Source: a virus. From it: DNA of 64,000 nt. The translations under genes were made by a program, and so were the position numbers. The stretch is from the IMG/VR virus record IMGVR_UViG_3300018080_008375, positions 1-64,000 of that record. One strand, 5' to 3'. Shown piece after piece: positions 8,217 through 17,388 of the stretch. Below the pieces are notes generated by a model. The model ran no database searches and was not told the DNA's origin. It saw nothing but the letters and a program-made list of their open reading frames with translations. Numbering within the stretch: the stretch's first letter is position 1; each line of letters starts with the position of its first letter.

Positions 8217-9326
8217 ATGTGCGAAGAATCTCTGGAGTTTCTCAGGGCGCTGATCAACACGCCGAGCCCTTCGGGGTTTGAGCAGAAGACCGCCGGAGTA
8301 TGGAGAAAGTACACCAAGGAGTATGCCCATGGCGTCAATGGCGATCCGCTCGGCAACTCCATAGCCGTTCTGGCGGGCACGCAGAAGAGGCAGACCAGCG
8401 AGCCGGACGCGCTGGTCAAGTTCGCATCCAACGGACCGGACATCATGCTGTGCGCCCATTTGGACGAAGTCGGCCTGATGATCCACCATGTTGATGAGGA
8501 CGGGTTTCTGTATGTGTCCCAGATTGGCGGTCTGGACCCGGCGGTTCTGCCTGGGCAGCGCATTTCTGTCCAGAACAGGCGCGGTCCGGTGCCGGGAGTC
8601 GTCAGCCGCCCGGCTACGCATCTGATGAAGGACGAGGACCAGGACGAGACGACCAAGATCCACAACCTGATAGTGGACATCGGAGCCGTCGATAAGGACG
8701 ACGCGCTGCAGCTGGTCGATATCGGCGATCCGATCGTGCTTGACCTCCGGTACGCGGAGATGGGGGGCGGGCTGATCGTAGGGCGCGGGCTGGACGACAG
8801 GGTCGGCGCATGGTGCGTCGCAGAAGCTTTGAGGGTCCTGGCCAACAGCAAGATGTTTTCGGCAAGGCTGTTCGCCGTGGCCAGTACCGGCGAGGAGAAC
8901 GGCGCCTATGGCGCCACGGCAGTGACCGACCGGATAAAGCCGCAGGCAGCATTGGCCATTGATCTGACGCACGCTACGGACACTCCTGAGGTCTCCAAGG
9001 AAAAGCACGGGGACATCAAGCTGGGCGAAGGCCCGGTGATGGCGATCGGCTCGATCACGAACCCGATCGTGAACGATCTGCTGGTCAAGGCCGCCGAGGA
9101 CAACCGCATTCCGCTACAACGCGAGGCGGCTCCGAGGTGGACCGGGACTGACGGCGATGCGATCAATATGGGCGGCGGCGGAGTCGCCACCGGGCTCGTG
9201 TCGATTCCGGCGCGCTACATGCATACGCCGGTCGAAGTCGTCAGCAAGGACGATCTTGAAAACACGGTGAAGCTGCTAGTCGCATGGTGCGAGCTTGTCA
9301 GCCCCGGCATGAGCTTTGACGTATGA
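8217..9326 (+). CDS. M42 family metallopeptidase (TET aminopeptidase-like)
   Basis: Motifs SPSGFE, AHLDEVG, GLDDRVG, GEENG, GTDGD and RYMHTPVE. Confidence 0.92.
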   Translation: MCEESLEFLRALINTPSPSGFEQKTAGVWRKYTKEYAHGVNGDPLGNSIAVLAGTQKRQTSEPDALVKFASNGPDIMLCAHLDEVGLMIHHVDEDGFLYVSQIGGLDPAVLPGQRISVQNRRGPVPGVVSRPATHLMKDEDQDETTKIHNLIVDIGAVDKDDALQLVDIGDPIVLDLRYAEMGGGLIVGRGLDDRVGAWCVAEALRVLANSKMFSARLFAVASTGEENGAYGATAVTDRIKPQAALAIDLTHATDTPEVSKEKHGDIKLGEGPVMAIGSITNPIVNDLLVKAAEDNRIPLQREAAPRWTGTDGDAINMGGGGVATGLVSIPARYMHTPVEVVSKDDLENTVKLLVAWCELVSPGMSFDV

Positions 9327-9517
9327 CGCCGGTCAAGTGTAGCCGCTGTGGCAAGGAGATGTCAAAGCCACTGTACCGGAAGATCTACTACCGCACGCGC
9401 GAATGGAGGCGCGGAAGGTTCGGCCGGCAGGAGTACAAGGCCGTTGTCAAAGAGCGCAGGATGGCGTTCTGTAGCAAGGAATGCTCAAGTGACGAACAAA
9501 TGAGCAGGGAAGGATAA
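9323..9517 (+). CDS. small Zn-binding protein
   Basis: CSRC...FCSKEC. Confidence 0.55.
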   Translation: MTPVKCSRCGKEMSKPLYRKIYYRTREWRRGRFGRQEYKAVVKERRMAFCSKECSSDEQMSREG

Positions 9518-9519
9518 AG

Positions 9520-9834
9520 ATGGCCAAGCCTGGAGACCGCATCGGTGCCATATCCCACTCGGATGGCGACACGCTTCACCTGTACGGATACGGGGAGTAT
9601 CTGGGCGAGTTCTTCCCGCCAAAGGGAACGCAGGGTCCGTTCGGCATCGACGCCTCGGAGGTCGGCTGCGAGAATCCGTGCATGCGCCTAGACAGCGGAA
9701 GGATCATCTGGGGATGCCAGTGCTGGTGGGGCTCCGAGGACAGCGTCAGAGAGAGGGCGGCGAAGTTCGACAAGGTTGTCGAGGATGAGCCGCCCGACAA
9801 CCCGGCGGTTCTTGAGTGCGACAGTTGCGGGTAG
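9520..9834 (+). CDS. hypothetical phage protein
   Basis: NPCMRLDSGRIIWGCQCWWG motif; RBS present. Confidence 0.7.
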   Translation: MAKPGDRIGAISHSDGDTLHLYGYGEYLGEFFPPKGTQGPFGIDASEVGCENPCMRLDSGRIIWGCQCWWGSEDSVRERAAKFDKVVEDEPPDNPAVLECDSCG

Positions 9835-10156
9835 AGACCTGTACAATGGAACATGCTGAAGCCGGAGAACAAGGCTGGCGACCAGTGTCCATTCTGTTTT
9901 CTCGCTGACTACGATTGCGACGGTATTCTGCGCGACGTGGCACAGGGCGACAAAGGTTGATCCCGTCGATTCCGCTGATGGGTCGGTCGGAGCTGCGCAG
10001 CCTGATTGAAGCCGGCGACGTCTCTGCGCTGATGGTCTACATCGACTATCTTGAGGGGGTTGTCAGGGATTTCAACAAGTGCGCAAGGCAGATAGCCGGC
10101 GATGTGGAGCACTACGAGCGGTATGGTCTGCCCGCAGAACTGAAAGGGGAACGGGA

Positions 10157-10657
10157 ATGAACTGCCAGAGATGCGACTCGTCCAGGATCGCCGACATGTC
10201 GGCAAAATGCTCCGACCTGTGCTTTGTGCGGGTGGGCGACTGCGACAAGGACGGATATGTCCCGGACGACATGGGCGTTGGCGGCAGCGACTACGTTGAG
10301 ATGAAGTGGTGCCTTGAATGCGGCCAGATCCAGGGCAAGTGGCCTCTGGACAAGTGCTCTATCGAGCTGCTGGAAGGAGTCAAAATGCGAAAAATGACGA
10401 AGCCGCAGAGAGAGACCCTAGTGGCGCTGGCTGACCTGAGCCCTGGTAGAACCAGACCTTGGTTAAATACGGTTGCCGTTGTATCCCAGAGGTGTAAGGA
10501 TAAGGATTATATCGGTAACAGGGGCCTTGGTCAGATGATGTGTTGGTTAGGGGTACATATTGAGACTCTTGTAGTCGATGGGTTTGTCGAAAAAAAGGGT
10601 TTCAGTCTGTTCAGAATCACCAACAGCGGCAAGAAGGCGGCGAAGAATGAAGGGTAA
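10157..10657 (+). CDS. hypothetical protein (Zn finger plus winged-helix-like C-terminus)
   Basis: CQRC...CLECGQ; C-terminus LVVDGFVEK...FRITNSG. Confidence 0.6.
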   Translation: MNCQRCDSSRIADMSAKCSDLCFVRVGDCDKDGYVPDDMGVGGSDYVEMKWCLECGQIQGKWPLDKCSIELLEGVKMRKMTKPQRETLVALADLSPGRTRPWLNTVAVVSQRCKDKDYIGNRGLGQMMCWLGVHIETLVVDGFVEKKGFSLFRITNSGKKAAKNEG

Positions 10658-10964
10658 TCCCGTATTCCGGCTGCCGGAGGGCATGCCGCGGCACAGCGTG
10701 GTCCACAACATTCTCGACCTCACAGATGACGGAAGGCGCGTGGGTCTCCACGAGCTGACGGACGGCATGAGGCTGCTGATTCTGGGAGTTATGGGCTGGG
10801 TTGATGCGCGGGTCATACCACATGAGAAGGACGGCTGTGCCGCTGCGGATGATGGCGGAAGCATTTGGTTTTTAGACTATTGCCAAGAGCGCTGCTGCTG
10901 GATATGTTACGGTGGCATCAACAAGAAAGCGCTTGGAAGGATGTCTGATGAGCAGCGGGATTGA
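10647..10964 (+). CDS. hypothetical protein
   Basis: Overlapping ORF in operon. Confidence 0.55.
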   Translation: MKGNPVFRLPEGMPRHSVVHNILDLTDDGRRVGLHELTDGMRLLILGVMGWVDARVIPHEKDGCAAADDGGSIWFLDYCQERCCWICYGGINKKALGRMSDEQRD

Positions 10965-11121
10965 CGACAGGCAGGCGACGTTCGCGGATCAAAAGCTGCT
11001 ACCCGATTTTGAGGTCGAATGATATCTGGACGGCAGGCGCGCAAGGTGGATGGTTGACCAGACCTGGTCAAAGTTTTTTGGAATCTCCATAGGTTTGAAA
11101 AAGACTTTTAGCAATACTTCT

Positions 11122-11196
11122 GGCCCTGTAGCTCAGCCCGAACAGAGCAGACGGTTCCTACCCGTCAGGTCGTAGGTTTAAATCCTACCAGGGTCA
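11122..11196 (+). tRNA. tRNA-Arg(CCT)
   Basis: Acceptor GGCCCTG/CAGGGTC; anticodon arm GACGG-TTCCTAC-CCGTC. Confidence 0.87.
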
Positions 11197-11231
11197 CTTC
11201 AGGCGGATTTTTTATACGGCGCTGTTGATTG

Positions 11232-11305
11232 AGGGGCGAGGCCATGGCGGCCGGCGTGGCTCCAAACTACGCGATTCGAAGCGGGTTCGATTCCTGCCGC
11301 CCCTG
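11232..11305 (+). tRNA. tRNA-Trp(CCA), reduced D arm
   Basis: Acceptor AGGGGCG/CGCCCCT with G73; anticodon arm CGTGG-CTCCAAA-CTACG. Confidence 0.8.
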
Positions 11306-11308
11306 CCG

Positions 11309-11400
11309 CTTCCGCCGCCGGATGCCTTCCACGAGGTCCTGGCAAGCGCGCATGTGGTTATCCGCCGGTAGCGGTTCGAATCCGCCCCTGGCGGCGGAAG
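11309..11400 (+). ncRNA. tRNA-like RNA with a T-arm and 13-bp closing stem, no standard anticodon loop
   Basis: CTTCCGCCGCCGG/CTGGCGGCGGAAG encloses GCGG-TTCGAAT-CCGC. Confidence 0.55.
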
Positions 11401-11415
11401 CATTTAGGAGGACAT

Positions 11416-11622
11416 GTGGAATTTTTATTGCTGAAGTTCGCAGATGTTACAATACACACACAAACAGGAAAAGTGGATCCTAAAGATATGTGCGCTTATC
11501 ATAAGGCAGATGTGGTAATGTTTGTGGATGATACGAATGGTCATGAAACTTATGTGCTGAAAAATAAACATGGCCAATGTGGCAAAGTTGTCCCTGTTGC
11601 TGGGCGATATAAATCGTGGTGA
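11416..11622 (+). CDS. small protein resembling the DnaB C-terminal segment
   Basis: ADVVMFV...YVLKNKHGQCGKV; AGGAGG RBS; AT-rich. Confidence 0.5.
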   Translation: MEFLLLKFADVTIHTQTGKVDPKDMCAYHKADVVMFVDDTNGHETYVLKNKHGQCGKVVPVAGRYKSW

Positions 11623-11733
11623 AAATATGATAGTTGAAATGCCGGGCGGTATGGTTATGCTGGTAATTATGGGCGTTGTGCTCATGGTTGCCATGCTGGT
11701 GTTCGACAATCTCGGAAGGAAGTAGGTTTTGTT

Positions 11734-12294
11734 ATGACTTATGCTGCTGGATGTCCGAGCTGCGGCTGTGAAGTGGACCAGGTGACTATGAGCTGTACAG
11801 GTTGTTGCTGGAAGGAGTCTTTCATAGCCTCGGCGGCCGGCGGTCTTTCCGCGGTGCCACCCGAAGAGAAAAGGCAAGTCAGGGTGGGCGCATCTGTCAT
11901 CGTGTGGGGGATGAGCGATTACGGGGTGACGGGCAAGATCCTGATTGGCAAGCGAAAGGGGTCTCATGGTGCCGGTCTATGGTCTTTGCCTGGCGGGAAG
12001 ATGGAGCACGGCGAGGAGCCGGCAAAAGCAGCCGCCAGGGAGCTGCTCGAGGAGACGGGTCTCCAGACCGAGACGAGAAGGTTTCTTCCGCATCCGTTCA
12101 ACTCGTTTGTGGATGAGCGCGGTCAGCACTGGATTACCCTGATGTTTCAGTGCTGGCTACCGGATGGTGTTGAACCAATGTTAATGGAACCCGAGAAGTG
12201 CGGGGGCTGGCAATGGGTTCACACGTCGCACTTGAGGGATTTCCCTCTTTTCCAGCCGCTAGAGATGCTGGCGCGCGCAAGAGCGTGGATATAG
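11734..12294 (+). CDS. NUDIX hydrolase (NUDT15/MutT-like)
   Basis: KRKGSHGAGLWSLPGG...AARELLEETGL and EPEKCGGWQW. Confidence 0.9.
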   Translation: MTYAAGCPSCGCEVDQVTMSCTGCCWKESFIASAAGGLSAVPPEEKRQVRVGASVIVWGMSDYGVTGKILIGKRKGSHGAGLWSLPGGKMEHGEEPAKAAARELLEETGLQTETRRFLPHPFNSFVDERGQHWITLMFQCWLPDGVEPMLMEPEKCGGWQWVHTSHLRDFPLFQPLEMLARARAWI

Positions 12295-12300
12295 ACATAG

Positions 12301-12380
12301 ACCCCCGTAGTCGGTCTCGGCTACGGACCGAGCAGCCGTAATAGGAGCTGAAAATGCAGGTTCGAGTCCTGCCGGGGGTG
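12301..12380 (+). tRNA. D-armless tRNA-Arg(ACG) with an extra arm 3' of the anticodon
   Basis: Acceptor ACCCCCG/CGGGGGT; only 8 nt (TAGTCGGT) before CTCGG-CTACGGA-CCGAG; then CAGC-CGTAATAGGA-GCTG; T arm GCAGG-TTCGAGT-CCTGC. Confidence 0.75.
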
Positions 12381-12393
12381 CTAAAGGTTGGGC

Positions 12394-12873
12394 ATGTTTC
12401 TGAATCAGAAAAGCATTCCGTACATGTGCTGCCAGATGATCACGGCGATCAACGCCAGGATTTTTCTGGGCGGGGAGCCTGAAATTGATCCGCGGTATGA
12501 CGAGGACGACCTTATTCGTCCGCCCGATTTCGGATCATGGATGTTCGAGAACCTGGTGGACATAACCAAGTGCCGGTACGGATCATGCCTGTGCGTTGAG
12601 AGGGCGTGGAGGCATCTGCGCCTGGCAGGTCAAGCCGGACCATGGTGGAGCCTTGAGTGGATCAGGCACAGGCTGGTGGAGGGTCGGCCGGTGGCGGTCA
12701 GCGGTCTGCATCCGAAAGTGGGGGGACACAGCGCTCTGGCCGTCGGCGCCGACTGGGACAGGCTGCTGCTGGTGAACTGGAACGAGGGCGAAGAGACGAC
12801 TTGGCTGCCTCACAAAAGCTTGAATGCCCGGTGGAATTACGGTCCATTTGCGGCGTTTTCGAGGCTGGATTGA
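12394..12873 (+). CDS. putative C39-like cysteine peptidase
   Basis: Q...C near the N-terminus; GRPVAV...GHSALAVG...LLLVN. Confidence 0.5.
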   Translation: MFLNQKSIPYMCCQMITAINARIFLGGEPEIDPRYDEDDLIRPPDFGSWMFENLVDITKCRYGSCLCVERAWRHLRLAGQAGPWWSLEWIRHRLVEGRPVAVSGLHPKVGGHSALAVGADWDRLLLVNWNEGEETTWLPHKSLNARWNYGPFAAFSRLD

Positions 12874-12893
12874 AACGGAAACGGAAGTGGAAG

Positions 12894-14054
12894 ATGGATG
12901 TTGAAAAGCTGAAGGAAGCGGGAATCGTATCGATACGCGACGAGCTGCTCAGGCAGCAGGCAGAGGGCAGGACGATAGCAAGGACGGAGTCTGGCGACCC
13001 CTCGTTTGATCCTCCGTTGGCGGTCAGCGCCGCGATAGCCAAGGCGCTATTCACCGGCAAGACGCACTATACGGCGGGAGCCGGCATACCGGAGCTGAGG
13101 CGCGCGGCTGCCATGAAGGTGGTCAATGAGAACTTCATCCACGGCATCAACATGGATAATGTCCTGGTAACTAATGGCGCGATGCACGGCTTGTACATAG
13201 CCTTTCAGGCCATGTTTATTTCTCCAAACAAAGGGGCGGTAGCTGTTCCGACGCCGACTTGGACGGAGACGGAAGACAATATTAGGCTTGCCGGCGGTCA
13301 GATTGCGCATTTTGATTTTCCGATCGACGACATGGAAAAGTTCGAGAGCGATGTGCGCAGGTGGAGGGGCGTTTCCAATCTGAAGGCTGTTGTGCTGAAC
13401 ACGCCTCACAACCCCACCGGGCACGTCATGTCGACGGAGCAGCTGATGCTCGTAGCCAGGCTGTGCGACGAGCTGGACCTGTGGCTCGTGAGCGACGAAG
13501 CATACGAGCACCTGACGTACAACAGGGAGCATGTGAGCCCCGCCAGGTTCATGCAGTCGGACAATCATGTCACGCTGTTTTCGTGTTCCAAGTCGTATGC
13601 CATGAGCGGGCTTCGCGTGGGTTATCTGGTTACCCCGCACAAGCCTCTCATGCGCAGGCTGCGCTATCTGACGCGCTGTACGATCAATGGCGTGAACTCA
13701 ATCGCCCAGTACGGTGCCGCGGAGGCGCTGCTGAGGACGGACCAGCAGTACAGAACCAAGATGGTCCTGGAATACAAGAAAAGGCGGAACATTTTGTATT
13801 CCGCGCTACAGAAGTGTAGTTTCCTGGAGCCGGCGGTCGAGCCCGAGGGCGCATTCTACATATGGGCTAGGATCAAGGACTTCGATCCGGACAAGGATTC
13901 CGGATGGGACACCACCGTCAGGCTTCTTGAGTCGGGCGTTGGCAGCGCGCCGGGCGAGGTGTTCGGTCCCGGCGGCAAGGGTTTCGTTAGGTTCGCATTC
14001 TCGTGCGCGACCGATCATGTGGAGAGAGCCGCCGAAAAACTGGCGGTCATGTAG
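12894..14054 (+). CDS. PLP-dependent aminotransferase class I/II (aspartate aminotransferase-like)
   Basis: Motifs LNTPHNPTG, SDEAYE, SCSKSYAMSGLRVGY, PEGAFY and VRFAF. Confidence 0.93.
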   Translation: MDVEKLKEAGIVSIRDELLRQQAEGRTIARTESGDPSFDPPLAVSAAIAKALFTGKTHYTAGAGIPELRRAAAMKVVNENFIHGINMDNVLVTNGAMHGLYIAFQAMFISPNKGAVAVPTPTWTETEDNIRLAGGQIAHFDFPIDDMEKFESDVRRWRGVSNLKAVVLNTPHNPTGHVMSTEQLMLVARLCDELDLWLVSDEAYEHLTYNREHVSPARFMQSDNHVTLFSCSKSYAMSGLRVGYLVTPHKPLMRRLRYLTRCTINGVNSIAQYGAAEALLRTDQQYRTKMVLEYKKRRNILYSALQKCSFLEPAVEPEGAFYIWARIKDFDPDKDSGWDTTVRLLESGVGSAPGEVFGPGGKGFVRFAFSCATDHVERAAEKLAVM

Positions 14055-14066
14055 GAGGAAAAGAAA

Positions 14067-14306
14067 ATGGAGAGGCGCGTCAGCTGGCTGTGGTGCGAGA
14101 TGTGCGGGCGCTACGCGATGCCCGGATGCGGAGATGATGGCAACTGCTGCCATTCTCGCATGTGGCTGCTATCAGGAACTTCAAAAGAGTTTTCGGAATG
14201 GATGAGCAGGAAAGTGGCAAAGGACAGGGCGCAGCTGGCCAGGTGTTGTGCTCATGGGCAGTTTGCCCATGGTGAGTGTCCTAAGTGTTTTGAATATCGA
14301 AAATAA
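14067..14306 (+). CDS. Cys-rich hypothetical protein
   Basis: AGGAGG RBS; multiple Cys pairs. Confidence 0.55.
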   Translation: MERRVSWLWCEMCGRYAMPGCGDDGNCCHSRMWLLSGTSKEFSEWMSRKVAKDRAQLARCCAHGQFAHGECPKCFEYRK

Positions 14307-14325
14307 AGTGCGAAGTTTCGCACAA

Positions 14326-14397
14326 TCCTCCGTGAGCTAATGGCTAGGCTGCCGGGCTTTGAACTCGGCTGTGTAGGTTCGAATCCTACCGGAGGAG
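14326..14397 (+). tRNA. tRNA-Gln(TTG)
   Basis: Acceptor TCCTCCG/CGGAGGA; anticodon arm CCGGG-CTTTGAA-CTCGG. Confidence 0.9.
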
Positions 14398-14399
14398 CT

Positions 14400-14573
14400 G
14401 GAACGCAGCGGCCGAAGGCCGCACTGCCGAGCAGCAGGGTGGGAAAATGCTCCATTGATTCTGCCCGAACGACGCCAAGGCGTGGAGCAACCGCGCATAT
14501 GCCAAGAGCGGGCGACGCTCCGTGCGGTCTGGCAAGCCGCAAGGAGCCCGTAGGCAGTTGCCAAATGCGTTCC
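14400..14573 (+). ncRNA. candidate multi-branched ncRNA between two tRNAs
   Basis: Closing stem GGAACGCA/TGCGTTCC; inner stems GCGGC/GCCGC, ACTGCC/GGCAGT and ACGC/GCGT. Confidence 0.6.
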
Positions 14574-14578
14574 TTTAT

Positions 14579-14650
14579 CTGGGTGTAGCTCAGGGGGAGA
14601 GCGCTGCGCTGGGGGCGCAGAGGCCGCAGGTTCAAAACCTGCCACCCAGA
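14579..14650 (+). tRNA. tRNA-Pro(GGG)
   Basis: Acceptor CTGGGTG/CACCCAG; anticodon arm CTGCG-CTGGGGG-CGCAG. Confidence 0.9.
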
Positions 14651-14651
14651 C

Positions 14652-14828
14652 ATGGACAGAAAGAGGCTGGAGAAGCACATCAGACTGTGCCGCAGGAACC
14701 TGCTCAGCGGGAAGGTCAAATGCTGCTTGACATGCCCGTTCGAAGAGGAAATCCTCTCGGTGTATCCGGAGCTGAAAGAGCTGTTTGACGAGAAGCGGAA
14801 GCAGCAGCGGAAGAAGGCGAAGAAATGA
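14652..14828 (+). CDS. small hypothetical protein (MDRKRLEKHIRLC...)
   Basis: 58-aa ORF below the track cutoff; ATGA overlap with the next gene. Confidence 0.55.
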   Translation: MDRKRLEKHIRLCRRNLLSGKVKCCLTCPFEEEILSVYPELKELFDEKRKQQRKKAKK

Positions 14829-15187
14829 GCGAAGAGGTTCCGAGGCAGTACACGGCGGAAGAGGTCAGGGAGCAGTTTTTTCAGTACCTGCATACCATGA
14901 TACGGTACTGGTCGAGCATAGGCGAAAGGAACGTCGAGGAGAAGATGAGCGGCTTCGTGCACAGCCTGCTGACGACATTCGACGGATGCTCCGGAGGAAT
15001 GCCGGGCTTCCTGGTCTGCCCGTCATGCCATCCGGACGACCCGGAATACCACAGGGAGAACGGCGAGAATTGGTATCCCGCCAACGAGAATGCCGAGATG
15101 GAGTGCGAGATCAGCGAAGGCCAGATGCTGCACGATGCCTGGGGAGCCTGGTGCAGAAGGCGGAACCTGTACGGCTACAAGGGGTGA
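14825..15187 (+). CDS. hypothetical phage protein
   Basis: ORF in operon. Confidence 0.7.
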   Translation: MSEEVPRQYTAEEVREQFFQYLHTMIRYWSSIGERNVEEKMSGFVHSLLTTFDGCSGGMPGFLVCPSCHPDDPEYHRENGENWYPANENAEMECEISEGQMLHDAWGAWCRRRNLYGYKG

Positions 15188-15190
15188 AGA

Positions 15191-15691
15191 ATGAAAAGAG
15201 CAAGCCACTATCCCGCCTGCTTCGACGAATACAGCACGCAGCGGCTCCCGCTTCTGGAGTTCATGGCCGCCCTGGACGGCGCATGGCGGTCGGCGCAGCT
15301 GAGGAAAGGTTTTGAGTACGAGGAGGTTGACCACCCCTCCAGAGACAGCCTTAGGGTCAAGCTGGTCAGGCACGACCGCGACCGCAGGTATTCGGAGAAG
15401 ATCACGTACGTGATTCCGGACAAGCAGGACGTGGATGCGGAAAGCGGCGACATGACCTGGTCGCTCAGGTCCCACCGGCATTACAAGGTTGTCGATGCGG
15501 CCGTGGACAGCCAGGATCTCCTGGCCATTCAGGTTGGGGAGGCGATCGAGACGAGGCTTCGCGCAGTGAAGGTCGAGGGATACGGCCAGCTGTGGACCGT
15601 TGACAAGAAGGCGCACGACGTTCTGGCAAAAGCTTCCGAATCCATAAGGCGGGGCAGAGAGGTGGTAGCCAGCATGCTTGAGGAGGAATGA
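15191..15691 (+). CDS. hypothetical protein
   Basis: ORF in operon. Confidence 0.65.
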   Translation: MKRASHYPACFDEYSTQRLPLLEFMAALDGAWRSAQLRKGFEYEEVDHPSRDSLRVKLVRHDRDRRYSEKITYVIPDKQDVDAESGDMTWSLRSHRHYKVVDAAVDSQDLLAIQVGEAIETRLRAVKVEGYGQLWTVDKKAHDVLAKASESIRRGREVVASMLEEE

Positions 15692-16215
15692 TGGGAGTTT
15701 CCATAACCGGCTACAGCCATCTTGAGCTTGCCATGGAAACCGGCGAGGAGCTGCCGGACGAAGAGCAGTTCCAGGAGGCGGACAGGAACGGGTGGCTGTT
15801 TGCAATGAACGACCAGTGCTTCGCCGCCCGGATGGACGGCTGGAAGAGCGGGTTCTACAGGACCACCAGGAAAACAAAGGAAGTCTGGGTCTGTTCAGTG
15901 TCGTACGGCACATACGGCGGATGGCGGGACGACCTGGGCAGAATGGTCGGAGCCTCTGCTTTCGGCTTTCATGGGGATTGCGAGGGCGGGCCGTTCGCAG
16001 AACTCATCTGCTTCTCCGACTGCGAGGGGGCGATAGGGCCGGATACGAGCAAGAAGCTGTACAAGGATTTCAAAAAGCACGCTGCGCAGGTCAGGAAGTT
16101 CGCCAAGATGCACCCGGACGACGAATGGTATGGCGGCTGGTATCTGAGCCTGTACAACGGCTTCAGGCGGGCATTCAAGGTCGCGTCAAAGAGCGGTCTT
16201 GTGCTGTTTCATTGA
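15688..16215 (+). CDS. hypothetical phage protein
   Basis: GPFAELICFSDCEGAIGP...KLYKDF motif. Confidence 0.75.
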   Translation: MMGVSITGYSHLELAMETGEELPDEEQFQEADRNGWLFAMNDQCFAARMDGWKSGFYRTTRKTKEVWVCSVSYGTYGGWRDDLGRMVGASAFGFHGDCEGGPFAELICFSDCEGAIGPDTSKKLYKDFKKHAAQVRKFAKMHPDDEWYGGWYLSLYNGFRRAFKVASKSGLVLFH

Positions 16216-16231
16216 CAAGAAAGTGTAGATA

Positions 16232-16546
16232 ATGCCGACCAAGAAATTTGGCGTTAATCACCCTGGGGCAGAAGCCGTTGGCGCGTTCCTTCTATTTATT
16301 GCCGCTTTGATGATCCTGACCCTGTTCGGTTTTTCCAGCAATGGGGGTGGGAATAAAGCGACCCGCATAGAGCTTCACAACCCGTACTACTTTGGTGTGC
16401 GCGCTGAGGTCAAGTGTGACTGGAATAAGAAAAGCAGGTATTACGGGTTTTATAAGAAGATCCTCGTGCCAGGCAGGGGAAAATATGTCTTGGAGGTTCC
16501 CAAGACATGCTCCAAGTGCGAGGTTTGGCCGAAAGTGGTGTGGTGA
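16232..16546 (+). CDS. hypothetical membrane-anchored protein
   Basis: N-terminal TM segment. Confidence 0.6.
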   Translation: MPTKKFGVNHPGAEAVGAFLLFIAALMILTLFGFSSNGGGNKATRIELHNPYYFGVRAEVKCDWNKKSRYYGFYKKILVPGRGKYVLEVPKTCSKCEVWPKVVW

Positions 16547-16992
16547 TGAGGCTGATCATAAGAAGATGTAACCATTGCGGAGCGAAATACACATATCAGG
16601 CGAGTGGTCGCCCAGCTGGCAAATACCGCGGAGATGGCGAGTACTGCGGAGACTGCAAGGATGTGATCGACATCACGCTGCGCAGCATCCCAAAGCGGGT
16701 CGAGAAGGTGTGGGTGGAGACCGACGAAGTTTCCGGCGCGGATCTTCTTGAGGAGCAGGAGCGCCAGGCGCGCAGATGCATGGCTGGCGGAAGGGTGTTC
16801 GGAACACCGGTCTTGGCCGGCACATACAGGCTGGAAGGCAACAAGGTTGTTGATTACCAAGACGGCACCATGGTGAAGCACAATGGCAAGGAATATGAGG
16901 TAAGATGGTGGGAGAGCCAGCCGGACGATTTCAAGGTGCGCGTGACCACGGCTAAAAATGTTAAGACGGGAGAAATTGAAGGATTGTGGTAG
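16546..16992 (+). CDS. hypothetical Zn-binding protein
   Basis: CNHC...YCGDC; TGATG overlap. Confidence 0.65.
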   Translation: MRLIIRRCNHCGAKYTYQASGRPAGKYRGDGEYCGDCKDVIDITLRSIPKRVEKVWVETDEVSGADLLEEQERQARRCMAGGRVFGTPVLAGTYRLEGNKVVDYQDGTMVKHNGKEYEVRWWESQPDDFKVRVTTAKNVKTGEIEGLW

Positions 16993-16993
16993 C

Positions 16994-17065
16994 GGGCTGG
17001 TAGTTTAACTGGGAAAATACGGCCCTTGCACGGCCGAGTCCGGGGTTCGACTCCCCGCCGGTCCA
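16994..17065 (+). tRNA. tRNA-Ala(TGC)
   Basis: Acceptor GGGCTGG/CCGGTCC with G3:U70; anticodon arm CGGCC-CTTGCAC-GGCCG. Confidence 0.9.
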
Positions 17066-17079
17066 AACAGAGGTGTAAA

Positions 17080-17388
17080 ATGAAGAAAATCAGACCGCCA
17101 GTCAGGCTGAAGAAATGGCGCACGGTGTACATAAAAGAGGAGGTTACCCCGTACATGGCGCCGGAGACGATTCCGATTAGGCTGAGCGGCGAGGCTTACG
17201 GGCATTACAGGTTCGAGGACGGGCATGTGATAACGACCTCCTCGGTCGTGGAGCTGGATCTTGACAGGCGGGTTGCCAGGACGCGGTCCGGCAGCACGTA
17301 CATCCTTGAAGATCCTGAGCCGGAATTTGTTGAATGGATGAGGAAGACTGGCCAGCAGACATCGTTCAACAAGCTGTTTCCGAACTGA
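17080..17388 (+). CDS. hypothetical phage protein
   Basis: L.G..YGH.RF.DG..I.TS...T.SGSTY.L motif. Confidence 0.7.
   Translation: MKKIRPPVRLKKWRTVYIKEEVTPYMAPETIPIRLSGEAYGHYRFEDGHVITTSSVVELDLDRRVARTRSGSTYILEDPEPEFVEWMRKTGQQTSFNKLFPN

Noticed and set aside
10948-11120. Possible small ORF with an in-frame TGA at 11020
   Set aside because: Too short and with no recognisable motif to show that it is a gene.
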